A stretch of 42,176 nucleotides of DNA from Culicoidibacterales bacterium (lineage in GTDB: Bacteria > Bacillota_I > Bacilli_A > Culicoidibacterales > JBOFHN01), in assembly GCA_051649665.1 (NCBI GenBank), contig JBOFHN010000016.1, positions 1-42,176 on the forward strand, given 5' to 3'. The notes under the pieces are model-generated. The model was not told the origin of the DNA, did not search any database, and was given only the letters and a program-made list of their open reading frames with translations. Below are positions 7,837 to 17,852 of this stretch, piece after piece. A program made the position numbers and the translations under genes. The first letter of the stretch is position 1, and each line of letters starts with the position of its first letter.

Positions 7837-9474
7837 ATGCGCATAAACAATGAAAGACTAACAGCAGTAGAGTTAATTGGAATGTTACAATTAGCTGCTC
7901 AAAATTTAGAAGCTAATAGTGAATTTGTAAATAGTCTCAATGTCTTCCCAGTACCAGATGGTGATACGGGAACAAATATGTCATTAACAATCAAAGCAGG
8001 TGCAAAACATCTTGAAAATAAGACGTATGCATCTGTTGCTGAAGTGACAAAATCTTTTTCTCATGGATTATTGATGGGAGCACGAGGAAACTCAGGTGTT
8101 ATTTTGTCACAGATTTTCCGTGGTTTTCACCAAGGTGTTGGTCAATGTGAAACATTACATACTGGTGATTTTGCCAAAGCACTTCAAGTAGGTGCAGAAA
8201 TTGCCTATAAATCGGTAATGAAGCCGATTGAAGGAACAATTTTAACTGTAATTCGTGAAACGGCAGAGGCAGCTGAAGTATTAGCGCCAGTCTATCCGAA
8301 ATTTGCGGACTTTTTAGAGAAATTATTAGTTGAATCAAATAAATCATTGAAGTCAACGATGGAAATTCTTCCTGTCCTCAAAGAAGTTGGCGTTGTTGAT
8401 AGTGGTGGACAAGGTCTTGTTATCGTTTTAGAATCATTTTTGAAATATTTAAATGGTGATACGGCAATTGTTTCGATTGCAACAGAAGACCGTCTTAAAA
8501 ATTTACAACTTGATGATGAACATGGTGAAGATGAATTTGGATTCTGTACAGAATTCATTATCCGTTTACATGAAAAAGGTGATGAGGATGAGAATAAATC
8601 GTTCTTCGAAACAACATTGACAGAAATGGGTGGTCAATCACTTGTTGTTGTAGCAATGGATGATTTAATTAAAGTTCATGTCCACACAGAACAGCCACTT
8701 GAAGTATTTGCTTTTGCACAAAAGCATGGTGAATTTGTCACGTTGAAATCAGAAAATATGCAAACACAATTCGAAAATAATCAACATGTTGATAAAGGAA
8801 CGAAAAAAGAAAAGGTTGATCAACTCTTACTCAGTGTTTCAGCTGGAAGCGGTGTTTCTGAATTTTTCCAAGGAATCGGTGTTCACGTCTGCTTAGAGGG
8901 TGGTCAGACAATGAATCCATCAACTGAAGATTTTATTGAACTTATCGATAAATATGAAACAGATAATATTATTTTATTACCGAATAATAGCAATATTATA
9001 TTAGCAGCAGAGCAGGTCAAAGCGTTACTTGAAGATAAGACAGTTGTTGTTATTCCAACAAAAACAATTCCACAAGGAATTGCTTCAACACTCGCTTTTA
9101 ATCCAATGAAATCAATTGAAGAGAATACAAATGCGATGATTGCCGCTATTTCAACAGTGAAATCAGGGCAAGTGACATATGCGGTTCGTGATACGACAAT
9201 GAATGGTGTCGAAGTTAAAAAAGATGATTTCCTAGCAATTTTTGAAAAAGAAATCGTTGCTTCAAAACCAAATCAAGATGAAATTTTAAATACGCTCTTA
9301 GCAGCAATGATTGATGAAGATTCAGAATTGGTAACACTTGTTGTCGGTTGTGATGTTGAGATTAATCATGTGAATGAGTTGCTTCCACAACTCGAAAGTG
9401 CGTATCCGGATGTTGAATTTGAAATTATTGAAGGGAAACAACCAGTATATGCCTATGTCATCTCAGTTGAGTAA
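7837..9474 (+). CDS. fakA: DAK2-domain fatty acid kinase catalytic subunit FakA (YloV)
   Basis: LNVFPVPDGDTGTNM, GARGNSGVILSQ, GVVDSGG, FCTEF, GGQTMNPST; start ATG 7837 after GGAGG. Confidence 0.95.
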   Translation: MRINNERLTAVELIGMLQLAAQNLEANSEFVNSLNVFPVPDGDTGTNMSLTIKAGAKHLENKTYASVAEVTKSFSHGLLMGARGNSGVILSQIFRGFHQGVGQCETLHTGDFAKALQVGAEIAYKSVMKPIEGTILTVIRETAEAAEVLAPVYPKFADFLEKLLVESNKSLKSTMEILPVLKEVGVVDSGGQGLVIVLESFLKYLNGDTAIVSIATEDRLKNLQLDDEHGEDEFGFCTEFIIRLHEKGDEDENKSFFETTLTEMGGQSLVVVAMDDLIKVHVHTEQPLEVFAFAQKHGEFVTLKSENMQTQFENNQHVDKGTKKEKVDQLLLSVSAGSGVSEFFQGIGVHVCLEGGQTMNPSTEDFIELIDKYETDNIILLPNNSNIILAAEQVKALLEDKTVVVIPTKTIPQGIASTLAFNPMKSIEENTNAMIAAISTVKSGQVTYAVRDTTMNGVEVKKDDFLAIFEKEIVASKPNQDEILNTLLAAMIDEDSELVTLVVGCDVEINHVNELLPQLESAYPDVEFEIIEGKQPVYAYVISVE

Positions 9475-11545
9475 AAAACGGCCAACTGATAAAACTCAAA
9501 GTAATACTTTGAGTTTCAATGAGTTGCAGGTCGGACCACTGCTAGAAACAATTTATATCAAGGATATACCGCTGTTCACATTGAAGGAAACAGAACAGCT
9601 TTTTCAAAATGGAATAGAAACATTACATGATTTATTTTATTTTTCTGATGTGAAACTGCATAGTTATGAATTAACAGAAAATCTTATTGAATCAGGAACA
9701 CAAAAAGTAAAAGTGATTGGTAATGTGCTGACAACACCATCTGTCAATTATCTTTCACGCAAGGTGAAAAGTACATTGCGTTTTCAAGCTAAGACGAAAT
9801 TTGGTCCAATTGGTGTTGTTGCCTTCAATCAGGCTTTTATTGCAAAATCGATGCAAATTGGGAAATTGTACTATATTGAAGGAACATATGATCGCGCTAA
9901 AAATCAAATTATCGCTAATAAAATGAGTGAAGCGAAAAATATTGATTTAGGAACATTTGATTTAGCCTATAATTTAAAAGGTCTGACTTCTGCAAAGTTC
10001 AAGAAGATGATTGAACGTGTATTTTCAATTTACCAAGAATTGATGATTGATATCATTCCATCTGAGCAACAAAAAAAATACAAACTCATGCCACGAGTAC
10101 ATATGTTGAGGAATTTACATCACCCTCGAAGTGAAGCACACTACAAAGAAGCAATACGAACATTGAAATATGAGGAACTTCTTACATTTCAGCTTAAATT
10201 ACGATTTAAACATCAAATTGAAAAGACGGGAAATGGGCGCGCCCATAAAATTAATAAACCACTACTAAAAAAAGCCAGTACGAGTCTTGAATTTATCTTG
10301 ACAGAAGATCAAATGCGTGTATTATCAGAAATAACGCACGATCTTTCACAACCATCACAGATGTATCGTTTATTACAAGGTGATGTTGGGAGTGGAAAGA
10401 CTATCGTTGCATTTTTAAGTGTACTTTCTATTTTGCACGATGGAACGCAAGCGATGATGGTTGCGCCAACAGAAGTGCTTGCACAGCAACATTTTCAAAG
10501 TGCGACAGCATTTTTTGAACGCTATAATAAACGTGTTGGTATTTTAAGTGGAAGTATGAAAAAGAAAGAAAAAGATGCAATACTCGAACTACTCAGAAAT
10601 GGTGAAATTGATTTTATCGTTGGGACGCATGCACTTTTAGAAGATACAGTACAATTTCAAGATCTTGGTTATGTTATCACGGATGAGCAACATCGTTTTG
10701 GTGTAAATCAGCGTAAAAAACTGCGTGAAAAAGGAAACAAAGTTGATATCCTATATCTAAGTGCCACACCAATTCCACGAACATTATCAATTTCATATTT
10801 TGGGGACTTAGATCTATCGACAATTAGAAGTATGCCAGTTGGAAGACTGCCGATTGAAACTGTTTTTTTTGATAAAACGAAAATAGAAAAAGTATATACA
10901 TCACTTAAAAAGGAATTGAAAAAAGGACATCAAGCATATGTCATCACACCACTCATTGAAGAAAGTGAAGTGTTGGATGTTGAAAATGTTCAGAGTGTCC
11001 ATGCTCAATTACAAGAACAATTTCCTGATTACCAGGTTGGCTTGTTGCACGGAAGACTTAAAAGTGCAGAAAAAGATGAAATACTCCAAAAATTTTATCA
11101 AAATGAAATCCATATTTTGGTTTCAACAACAGTAGTCGAAGTTGGTGTGAATGTACCGAATGCAACTGTTATTGCAATTTATGATGCACAGCGGTTTGGT
11201 CTTGCGCAGCTTCATCAACTCAGAGGACGTGTTGGTCGAAGTGATAAGCAGAGTTATTGCTATGTCATTGGAACAAAAGAAGCGAAAAAGCGTTTGAATA
11301 TTTTAACAGAAACAACCGATGGCTTCAAAATCGCAGAGCGTGATTTAGAGGTGAGAGGACCGGGTGATTTTTTTGGAAATCGACAGAGTGGTCTTCCTGA
11401 ATTTAAATTTGCTTCGATTGTAGATGATAAAGTAATGCTTGAGTATTGTCGACAAGAAAGTAAGATGATGCTTGAGCATTTAGAATTGATAGCAATTGAT
11501 TATCAAAAATATTTTATGAAAAAAGCACTTGAAGTAAATGATTAG
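9449..11545 (+). CDS. recG: ATP-dependent DNA helicase RecG
   Basis: RLLQGDVGSGKT, DEQHRFGV.QR, SATPIPRTL, QLHQLRGRVGR, RGPG..FG..QSG. Start uncertain (ATG 9449/9455 or TTG 9467). Confidence 0.95.
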   Translation: MPMSSQLSKKRPTDKTQSNTLSFNELQVGPLLETIYIKDIPLFTLKETEQLFQNGIETLHDLFYFSDVKLHSYELTENLIESGTQKVKVIGNVLTTPSVNYLSRKVKSTLRFQAKTKFGPIGVVAFNQAFIAKSMQIGKLYYIEGTYDRAKNQIIANKMSEAKNIDLGTFDLAYNLKGLTSAKFKKMIERVFSIYQELMIDIIPSEQQKKYKLMPRVHMLRNLHHPRSEAHYKEAIRTLKYEELLTFQLKLRFKHQIEKTGNGRAHKINKPLLKKASTSLEFILTEDQMRVLSEITHDLSQPSQMYRLLQGDVGSGKTIVAFLSVLSILHDGTQAMMVAPTEVLAQQHFQSATAFFERYNKRVGILSGSMKKKEKDAILELLRNGEIDFIVGTHALLEDTVQFQDLGYVITDEQHRFGVNQRKKLREKGNKVDILYLSATPIPRTLSISYFGDLDLSTIRSMPVGRLPIETVFFDKTKIEKVYTSLKKELKKGHQAYVITPLIEESEVLDVENVQSVHAQLQEQFPDYQVGLLHGRLKSAEKDEILQKFYQNEIHILVSTTVVEVGVNVPNATVIAIYDAQRFGLAQLHQLRGRVGRSDKQSYCYVIGTKEAKKRLNILTETTDGFKIAERDLEVRGPGDFFGNRQSGLPEFKFASIVDDKVMLEYCRQESKMMLEHLELIAIDYQKYFMKKALEVND

Positions 11546-11571
11546 GTGTCGAATTGAAAGGATGAAAGAAT

Positions 11572-12582
11572 ATGAAGATTGTAGTAGATGCAATGGGAAG
11601 CGATGAATCACCAAAAAGTGAAGTGCTTGCTGTATTACGTGGATTAAATGAAATGACAGATGTTGAGTTCATCCTTGTAGGAGATCAAACATTGATGCAA
11701 CAATATTTACCAGAACAGTTACCAAGTCGCTTGACAATTGTTCATACGGATGAAAAGATAACGGGTGAAGATGATGCAGCACTTGCTGTTCGTCAAAAAC
11801 CAAATGCGTCAATGTCACTTGCATTAAAGATGGTGAAAAATAAGGAAGCAGACGCTATTGTTTCCGCGGGGAATACGGGAGCATATTTATCAGGCGCGGT
11901 ATTGAGTATTGGCCGGTTAAAGGGAATTATGCGTCCAGCACTTGCATCGATTTTGCCTACTCCAGATGGGAGACAAAGTGTTATTCTAGATTTAGGAGCG
12001 AATAGTGAAACAACAGATATGATGTTATTTCAAAATGGAATTATCGGAAGTATTATTGCGAGTGAATTTTTGCAAGTGAAACATCCGAAAGTTGGTCTTT
12101 TAAATAATGGAACAGAATACAAAAAAGGAACACCAGCACATAAAGAAGCTTATCAATTGTTACAACAAGATGGAGCTATTGACTTTGTTGGAAATATTGA
12201 AGGGCGTGATTTTGCAACAGGTGTTGTCGATGTTCTCGTTGCCGATGGATTTAGTGGAAATATTGCATTGAAAACATTTGAAGGAACATTACGCTATGTT
12301 GCGAAATTATTAAAATATGAATTGACGAAAACAACTTGGCGAAAAATCCAAGCTGGTATTGGTCTTCTTATCATTGGACCATTACTGAAAAAGATTGCTA
12401 AACAATACAGTGACGAAGCAGTTGGTGGTGCTATTTTAGCAGGGGTAAAAGCACCTGTGATAAAAGCGCATGGAAATTCAAATAGTGACGCCTATTTTGG
12501 TGCACTCGTTGTTGCACGACAATTTGTGGAAGCGGAAATTACAGCGAAAATAGAAAAGAGGGTTATAGATGGGACAAAATAA
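11572..12582 (+). CDS. plsX: Phosphate acyltransferase PlsX
   Basis: VDAMGSD, SAGNTGA, RPAL, LDLGAN, DGFSGNI.LK, KAHGNS. Confidence 0.95.
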   Translation: MKIVVDAMGSDESPKSEVLAVLRGLNEMTDVEFILVGDQTLMQQYLPEQLPSRLTIVHTDEKITGEDDAALAVRQKPNASMSLALKMVKNKEADAIVSAGNTGAYLSGAVLSIGRLKGIMRPALASILPTPDGRQSVILDLGANSETTDMMLFQNGIIGSIIASEFLQVKHPKVGLLNNGTEYKKGTPAHKEAYQLLQQDGAIDFVGNIEGRDFATGVVDVLVADGFSGNIALKTFEGTLRYVAKLLKYELTKTTWRKIQAGIGLLIIGPLLKKIAKQYSDEAVGGAILAGVKAPVIKAHGNSNSDAYFGALVVARQFVEAEITAKIEKRVIDGTK

Positions 12583-13273
12583 TATCGAACAATATATTTC
12601 AACACTCAAGATACCATTTAAAGATATTTCATTATACACCCAAGCACTTTCACATACATCATATGCGCATGAATGTAAAAGACCTGATCAAAGTTATGAA
12701 CGCCTTGAATTTTTAGGTGATGCAGTTTTAGAATTATTTGTTTCTGATTATTTTTATCGTAATCATAGTGAATTGAATGAAGGTGCAATGACAAAAAATC
12801 GTGCAGCTGTTGTTCGTGAAGAGTCACTTGTAGAGTATGCACAAGCGCTTGATTTACCAAAGCATATGCTACTTGGAAAAGGTGAAGCAAATTCAGGTGG
12901 ATATGAACGCGCAGCAATTATAGCTGATAGCTTTGAGGCACTTTTAGGCGCTATTTATCTTGATTTGGGATTGGATGTTGCATTTTCTTATGCGACGAAA
13001 TGGATTGTCCCATTTATTGAATCAGAACAAGTACTGCGGGAACGAGATTTCAAAACCGCTTTACAGGAATTGATTCAAGGAGATGGTATTCATGAAATTT
13101 TTTATGAAATTATCTCTGAAAAAGGACCAGCACACAATAAAGAGTTTACAGCGAGCATCACACTTGATGAAGTAATTCTCGGAACAGGTATTGGTCGAAC
13201 AAAAAAAGAAGCGGAACAAAAAGCAGCAGAGTCAGCTTTAAATATTTTAGCAAAAAAGAAAGTAGAGCAATAG
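12569..13273 (+). CDS. rnc: Ribonuclease III
   Basis: ERLEFLGDAVL signature, AD.FEAL.GAIYLD, dsRBD (KT.LQE, GPAH, G.G.TKKEAEQ.AA). Confidence 0.98.
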   Translation: MGQNNIEQYISTLKIPFKDISLYTQALSHTSYAHECKRPDQSYERLEFLGDAVLELFVSDYFYRNHSELNEGAMTKNRAAVVREESLVEYAQALDLPKHMLLGKGEANSGGYERAAIIADSFEALLGAIYLDLGLDVAFSYATKWIVPFIESEQVLRERDFKTALQELIQGDGIHEIFYEIISEKGPAHNKEFTASITLDEVILGTGIGRTKKEAEQKAAESALNILAKKKVEQ

Positions 13274-13274
13274 T

Positions 13275-16259
13275 ATGATATTTTTAAAAAAGATAGAAGC
13301 ATACGGATTTAAATCATTTGCCGATAAGACCGTTATTGCTTTTGAAGAGCCATTGACAATTGTTGTCGGTCCTAATGGTAGTGGGAAGAGTAATGTTGTA
13401 GATGCAGTTCGTTGGGTACTTGGTGAGCAATCAGCCAAGACACTTCGTGGAGATCGCATGTACGATATTATTTTTGGTGGTTCGAAGAGTCGTCCTCAGA
13501 TGAATATTGCTGAAGTGACATTAACAATTGATAATAGTCGGAAAGAACTTCCAATTGCTTTTGATGAAGTACAAGTAACACGCCGCCTTTTTCGAAGTGG
13601 TGAAAGCGAGTATATTTTAAACAAAGAAAAAGTTCGTTTACAAGATATCGTTACACTTTTTCTTGATTCAGGAATTGGAAAGGAATCATTTTCAATTATC
13701 GGTCAAGGGAAAATTGATGAAATTTTAAATAGTAAACCAGAAGCAAGACGTGGTATTTTTGAAGAAGCATCAGGTGTTGTTAAATATAAATATAAAAAGA
13801 CACAAACACTTCGAAAATTAGATAAGACAAATGAAAATTTATTACGTGTTGCTGATATCCAGACTGAAATTGAAAGACAAATTTCACCGCTTCGTACACA
13901 AGCGAAAAAGGCTGAAAAATACAATCAACTACATGATCAACTTTCTGCATCTGAGGTGAGTGTTATCGTTTCCGAAATGGAAACATTTATCGAAAGTGAA
14001 ACGTTGTATAAACAAGAAATGGAAACAAGAACACTAGATGCTTCGCAGCTACAAGTGAAAATTGGTAAAACCGAAATTGAAATTTCACAATTTGAAACAA
14101 AAAGAAGCGAAATTGAAAAGCAAATTGAAATTGCGCAGCAGCAGTATGTAGAAGCGAAAACAAGTTATGAAAAAGTAATTGCTCGTAAAGATGTGTTAGA
14201 AAATCAAAAGCACTCACTCAATGCACAATTAACACAATATCAAGAAAATGAGCAATCACTTCGGGACTTTTTTACTCAAACTCGAATTGATGTCAACGGT
14301 GCTGATTTCCGCGAAAATTTACTACAAACATTAAAAACACGAGAAACAGCATATACAGAAAAAGAGCAGTTAGCAAATGATATCGAACAATCGATGTTCA
14401 ATAGTCAACGTCATTTTCAAAGTATGCTATCAGAAAAGACGCATGTAGAAGCAAAGTTACAATCGATTGAACGTATGCTAGAAGGAAATACATATTTCTT
14501 TCATGGAGTAAAAGCTGTCCTTGATCAAAAAACACGCCTTGGTGGTATTCACGATGCACTAGGAAATGTGATTCAAGTTGATACACAATATCAAGTTGCG
14601 ATTGATACAGCCCTTGGTGTAGCGATGCAACATGTAATTGTTGATACACCAAATGATGCCAAAAATGCGATTCAATATTTAAAGGAGAGCAAACAAGGAC
14701 GGGCAACATTTTTACCATTATCATCAATTCAGCCACGTCAAGTTGATCATCAACTTTTACAAAAAGCCAAACAGCATAAAGGGTACATCAATGTTGCTTC
14801 TGAATTAATCGAAGTAGATAGTACATATTCGAATATTACAAAACAACTTTTAGGTCAAACAATTATTGTTGATACAATTGAAACAGGAATTGCGATGGCT
14901 CGTGATTTACAAAATCGTGTAAAACTTATTACACTCGCAGGAGAAGTGTTGAGTGTTGGTGGTGCGATGAGTGGTGGGAATACAGGAAAAGAACGTCAAA
15001 GTATTCTAGGTTATCGCAATGAAGAGCGAACATTGATTGAAAAAGTAAAGACGCTAAGTACAGAATTAGAGCAACTTGAAACTGAACAGCAAACAATGCA
15101 ATTAAAATTACAACAAATTCAAGTTGAGCGTCAAGAAATGCTTACGGGAATGCTTGAGATCAAATCACAAATTGATTCACTTTCAGAGCGACAATCAAAA
15201 GATGAAGAACAAGCACTCTACCTAGAAGAACAAATTGCATCGATTGCAATGAAAAAATCACAACTTGAATCAGATCTCCAAATTTGTATGAGTGAATTTG
15301 AAACAATTGATTCAAAAATTGATGAAGCCAGAGAAATTGTTGAAAAGACCGAAGTTGCAGTGCAAAATTTACGTGTTCAAGCACTTGAGCAACAATCAAA
15401 ACTTGATCAATTGATTCAGATGCACCGTGCAGATGAATCACAAATTCGTGTTATTGAACGAGAAATGAATCAGTTAGAAGTTGCGCTCTCACGTCTTGAA
15501 TTGCAGATGGAAAATGATCTTGAACGACTTTCAACAGTGTATCAATTGACATTTGAAGCTGCTCAAAAACGAGCCAAACCAATTTCAAACATGGACGAAG
15601 TAAAACGCGAAGTGGAAAATTTACGATTAGAAATCAATCGTCTTGGAACTGTCAATATTGGAGCAATAGAAGAGTTAGAGCGTCTTGTTGAGCGTAAGAC
15701 ATTCTTGGATGAGCAAGTAACGGATTTGAATGATGCAAAAGAATCATTATTATCGACTATTTTTGAAATGGATCAAGAGATGGTTGGTCGATTTGCGACG
15801 ACATTTGCTCAAATTCAAACAGAATTTACGCATGTGTTCCAACGTCTTTTTGGCGGTGGTGAAGCAAAGCTCATTTTAACAGATGAGAAAAATTTACTCG
15901 AATCAGGGATTGATATCGTCATTCAGCCACCAGGGAAAAAGCTTCAACATTTATCACTACTTTCAGGAGGCGAGCGTGCCTTGACAGCCATTGCGCTTTT
16001 ATTCGCTATTTTAAAAGTGAAACCAATTCCATTTTGTATTTTAGATGAGGTTGAAGCTGCCCTTGATGAAGCAAATGTAACGCGTTTTGCTAAATATTTA
16101 CATACATTTTCACGAGATACGCAATTTATTGTTATCTCACATCGCAAAGGAACGATGGAGTACGCAGATGCACTTTTTGGTGTGACGATGCAAGAATCAG
16201 GTGTCAGTCGCCTTGTTTCGGTTAAACTCGAAGAAGCAGTTGATGTCGTACAATCATAG
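13275..16259 (+). CDS. smc: Chromosome segregation protein Smc (short form, 994 aa)
   Basis: GFKSFAD, GPNGSGKSN, hinge GRATFLPL and G......G...GG, LLSGGE, LDEVEAALD. Confidence 0.97.
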   Translation: MIFLKKIEAYGFKSFADKTVIAFEEPLTIVVGPNGSGKSNVVDAVRWVLGEQSAKTLRGDRMYDIIFGGSKSRPQMNIAEVTLTIDNSRKELPIAFDEVQVTRRLFRSGESEYILNKEKVRLQDIVTLFLDSGIGKESFSIIGQGKIDEILNSKPEARRGIFEEASGVVKYKYKKTQTLRKLDKTNENLLRVADIQTEIERQISPLRTQAKKAEKYNQLHDQLSASEVSVIVSEMETFIESETLYKQEMETRTLDASQLQVKIGKTEIEISQFETKRSEIEKQIEIAQQQYVEAKTSYEKVIARKDVLENQKHSLNAQLTQYQENEQSLRDFFTQTRIDVNGADFRENLLQTLKTRETAYTEKEQLANDIEQSMFNSQRHFQSMLSEKTHVEAKLQSIERMLEGNTYFFHGVKAVLDQKTRLGGIHDALGNVIQVDTQYQVAIDTALGVAMQHVIVDTPNDAKNAIQYLKESKQGRATFLPLSSIQPRQVDHQLLQKAKQHKGYINVASELIEVDSTYSNITKQLLGQTIIVDTIETGIAMARDLQNRVKLITLAGEVLSVGGAMSGGNTGKERQSILGYRNEERTLIEKVKTLSTELEQLETEQQTMQLKLQQIQVERQEMLTGMLEIKSQIDSLSERQSKDEEQALYLEEQIASIAMKKSQLESDLQICMSEFETIDSKIDEAREIVEKTEVAVQNLRVQALEQQSKLDQLIQMHRADESQIRVIEREMNQLEVALSRLELQMENDLERLSTVYQLTFEAAQKRAKPISNMDEVKREVENLRLEINRLGTVNIGAIEELERLVERKTFLDEQVTDLNDAKESLLSTIFEMDQEMVGRFATTFAQIQTEFTHVFQRLFGGGEAKLILTDEKNLLESGIDIVIQPPGKKLQHLSLLSGGERALTAIALLFAILKVKPIPFCILDEVEAALDEANVTRFAKYLHTFSRDTQFIVISHRKGTMEYADALFGVTMQESGVSRLVSVKLEEAVDVVQS

Positions 16260-16270
16260 GAGGTTAATCA

Positions 16271-17527
16271 ATGGGATTATTTGATCGCTTTTTAAAGTGG
16301 AAAAAAGAAGAAAAAGTTGAAGAGACAAGTCATGTTCAAGAACATGTTGAATCATTAGAAATAGAGGATGATTCAGTTTCAAATGATGAAACGATTACAC
16401 GTGTTGAGTCGAATTTTGATATTTATGAACCAAAAACGCAACAAGTGGAATCAACACCGGAACCACTAGAATATGTTGAACCATGCATTGTTGAAGAAGT
16501 TGATGAAGATATTGAACCAGTTGTTGAAATAGTTGAAGAACCAAATGAGCCGGTAATTCATATCGAAAAACCAATTGAAAAAAAAGAAATGGAAGTTTCA
16601 GTTTCAACATATGAACAAGCAATGGAAAAGCCACGTAAAACATTGCTTTCAGGGATGAGTGGATTGATGAAGCGATTTACAGCAATAGATGAAGAATATT
16701 TTGAAGAACTTGAAGATATTCTAATCATGGCTGATATTGGTCTACCAACAGTTCAATACCTTATTTCACAACTTGAGGATGTTGCACGTCGTCAAAAGAA
16801 TACGACACCTGAAATGTTAACGCCGATTCTGATTGAAGAAATGGAGCGTATTTATTTAAATAACATCTCCGAAACAACATCAGAAATCTCGATGAAAGAT
16901 GGACTGAATGTGATGCTTTTCATCGGTGTGAATGGTGCTGGGAAAACAACAACGATTGCGAAAATGGCACATAAACTTAAACTCGAAGGAAAAAAAGTTC
17001 TTGTTGCTGCAGGAGACACATTCCGTGCTGGAGCTGTTGATCAACTTGCAGTTTGGGCTGATCGTGTTGATGTTGATATCGTGAAAAGTCATACTGGTGG
17101 AGATGCAGCAGCGATTATTTTTGATGGAATTAAAAAAGCTAAAGCGGAAAACTATGATGTATTATTATGTGATACAGCAGGACGCCTTCAAAATAAAGTG
17201 AATTTAATGAATGAGCTCGATAAAATTTATCGTATTATTCAACGTGAAATTCCAGATGCACCACATGAGACACTACTTGTAATTGATGGAACTACGGGAC
17301 AAAATGGTTTATCACAAGCGAAAGAATTTGCCAAAGTTGCGCGTATTACTGGAACAGTAGTAACAAAACTCGATGGTTCTGCCAAAGGTGGAATCGTACT
17401 AGCAATTGCACATGAATTGCATATTCCAGTTAAACTTGTCGGATTAGGAGAGAAACCAGAATTATTAGCACAATTTGAAATTGATAAATATTTATACGGT
17501 TTATTTTCGGACTTGATTAAGGAGTAA
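16271..17527 (+). CDS. ftsY: SRP receptor FtsY with acidic N-terminal extension
   Basis: GVNGAGKTTT, DTFRAGA, DTAGRL, TKLDGSAKGG; Glu-rich first ~110 aa. Confidence 0.97.
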   Translation: MGLFDRFLKWKKEEKVEETSHVQEHVESLEIEDDSVSNDETITRVESNFDIYEPKTQQVESTPEPLEYVEPCIVEEVDEDIEPVVEIVEEPNEPVIHIEKPIEKKEMEVSVSTYEQAMEKPRKTLLSGMSGLMKRFTAIDEEYFEELEDILIMADIGLPTVQYLISQLEDVARRQKNTTPEMLTPILIEEMERIYLNNISETTSEISMKDGLNVMLFIGVNGAGKTTTIAKMAHKLKLEGKKVLVAAGDTFRAGAVDQLAVWADRVDVDIVKSHTGGDAAAIIFDGIKKAKAENYDVLLCDTAGRLQNKVNLMNELDKIYRIIQREIPDAPHETLLVIDGTTGQNGLSQAKEFAKVARITGTVVTKLDGSAKGGIVLAIAHELHIPVKLVGLGEKPELLAQFEIDKYLYGLFSDLIKE

Positions 17528-17529
17528 TT

Positions 17530-17841
17530 ATGTTAGAACAAAGAGAGAAACTAATAGCATATTATGATGTATATCATCATTTATTAACAGATCGCCAGCG
17601 AGAATATTTTGAATCGCATTATTTTGAAGATCTTTCATTTGGTGAAATTGCAGCGATGTATAAGGTTTCTCGAGCAGCGATATTTGATCAATTAAAACGG
17701 TGTGAAGAATTTCTTTTGACAATTGAGTCAAAACTTGGGATAATACACTATAGAGATACACTCAATGATAAGTTACTCCTTCTAACAGAACATGTTGATG
17801 ATGAGGGTCGAGCAATTATTGAAGAAATACGAGCACTATAA
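17530..17841 (+). CDS. ylxM: YlxM/UPF0122 protein
   Basis: YD.Y..LLT.RQ..Y...Y.EDLS..EIA....VSR.A..D; position between ftsY and ffh. Confidence 0.92.
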   Translation: MLEQREKLIAYYDVYHHLLTDRQREYFESHYFEDLSFGEIAAMYKVSRAAIFDQLKRCEEFLLTIESKLGIIHYRDTLNDKLLLLTEHVDDEGRAIIEEIRAL

Positions 17842-17852
17842 AGGAGAATACT

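Noticed and set aside
16300-16620. Glu/Pro/Val-rich quasi-repeats at the start of ftsY
   Set aside because: Ordinary low-complexity acidic FtsY N-terminal region, not a DNA repeat array.
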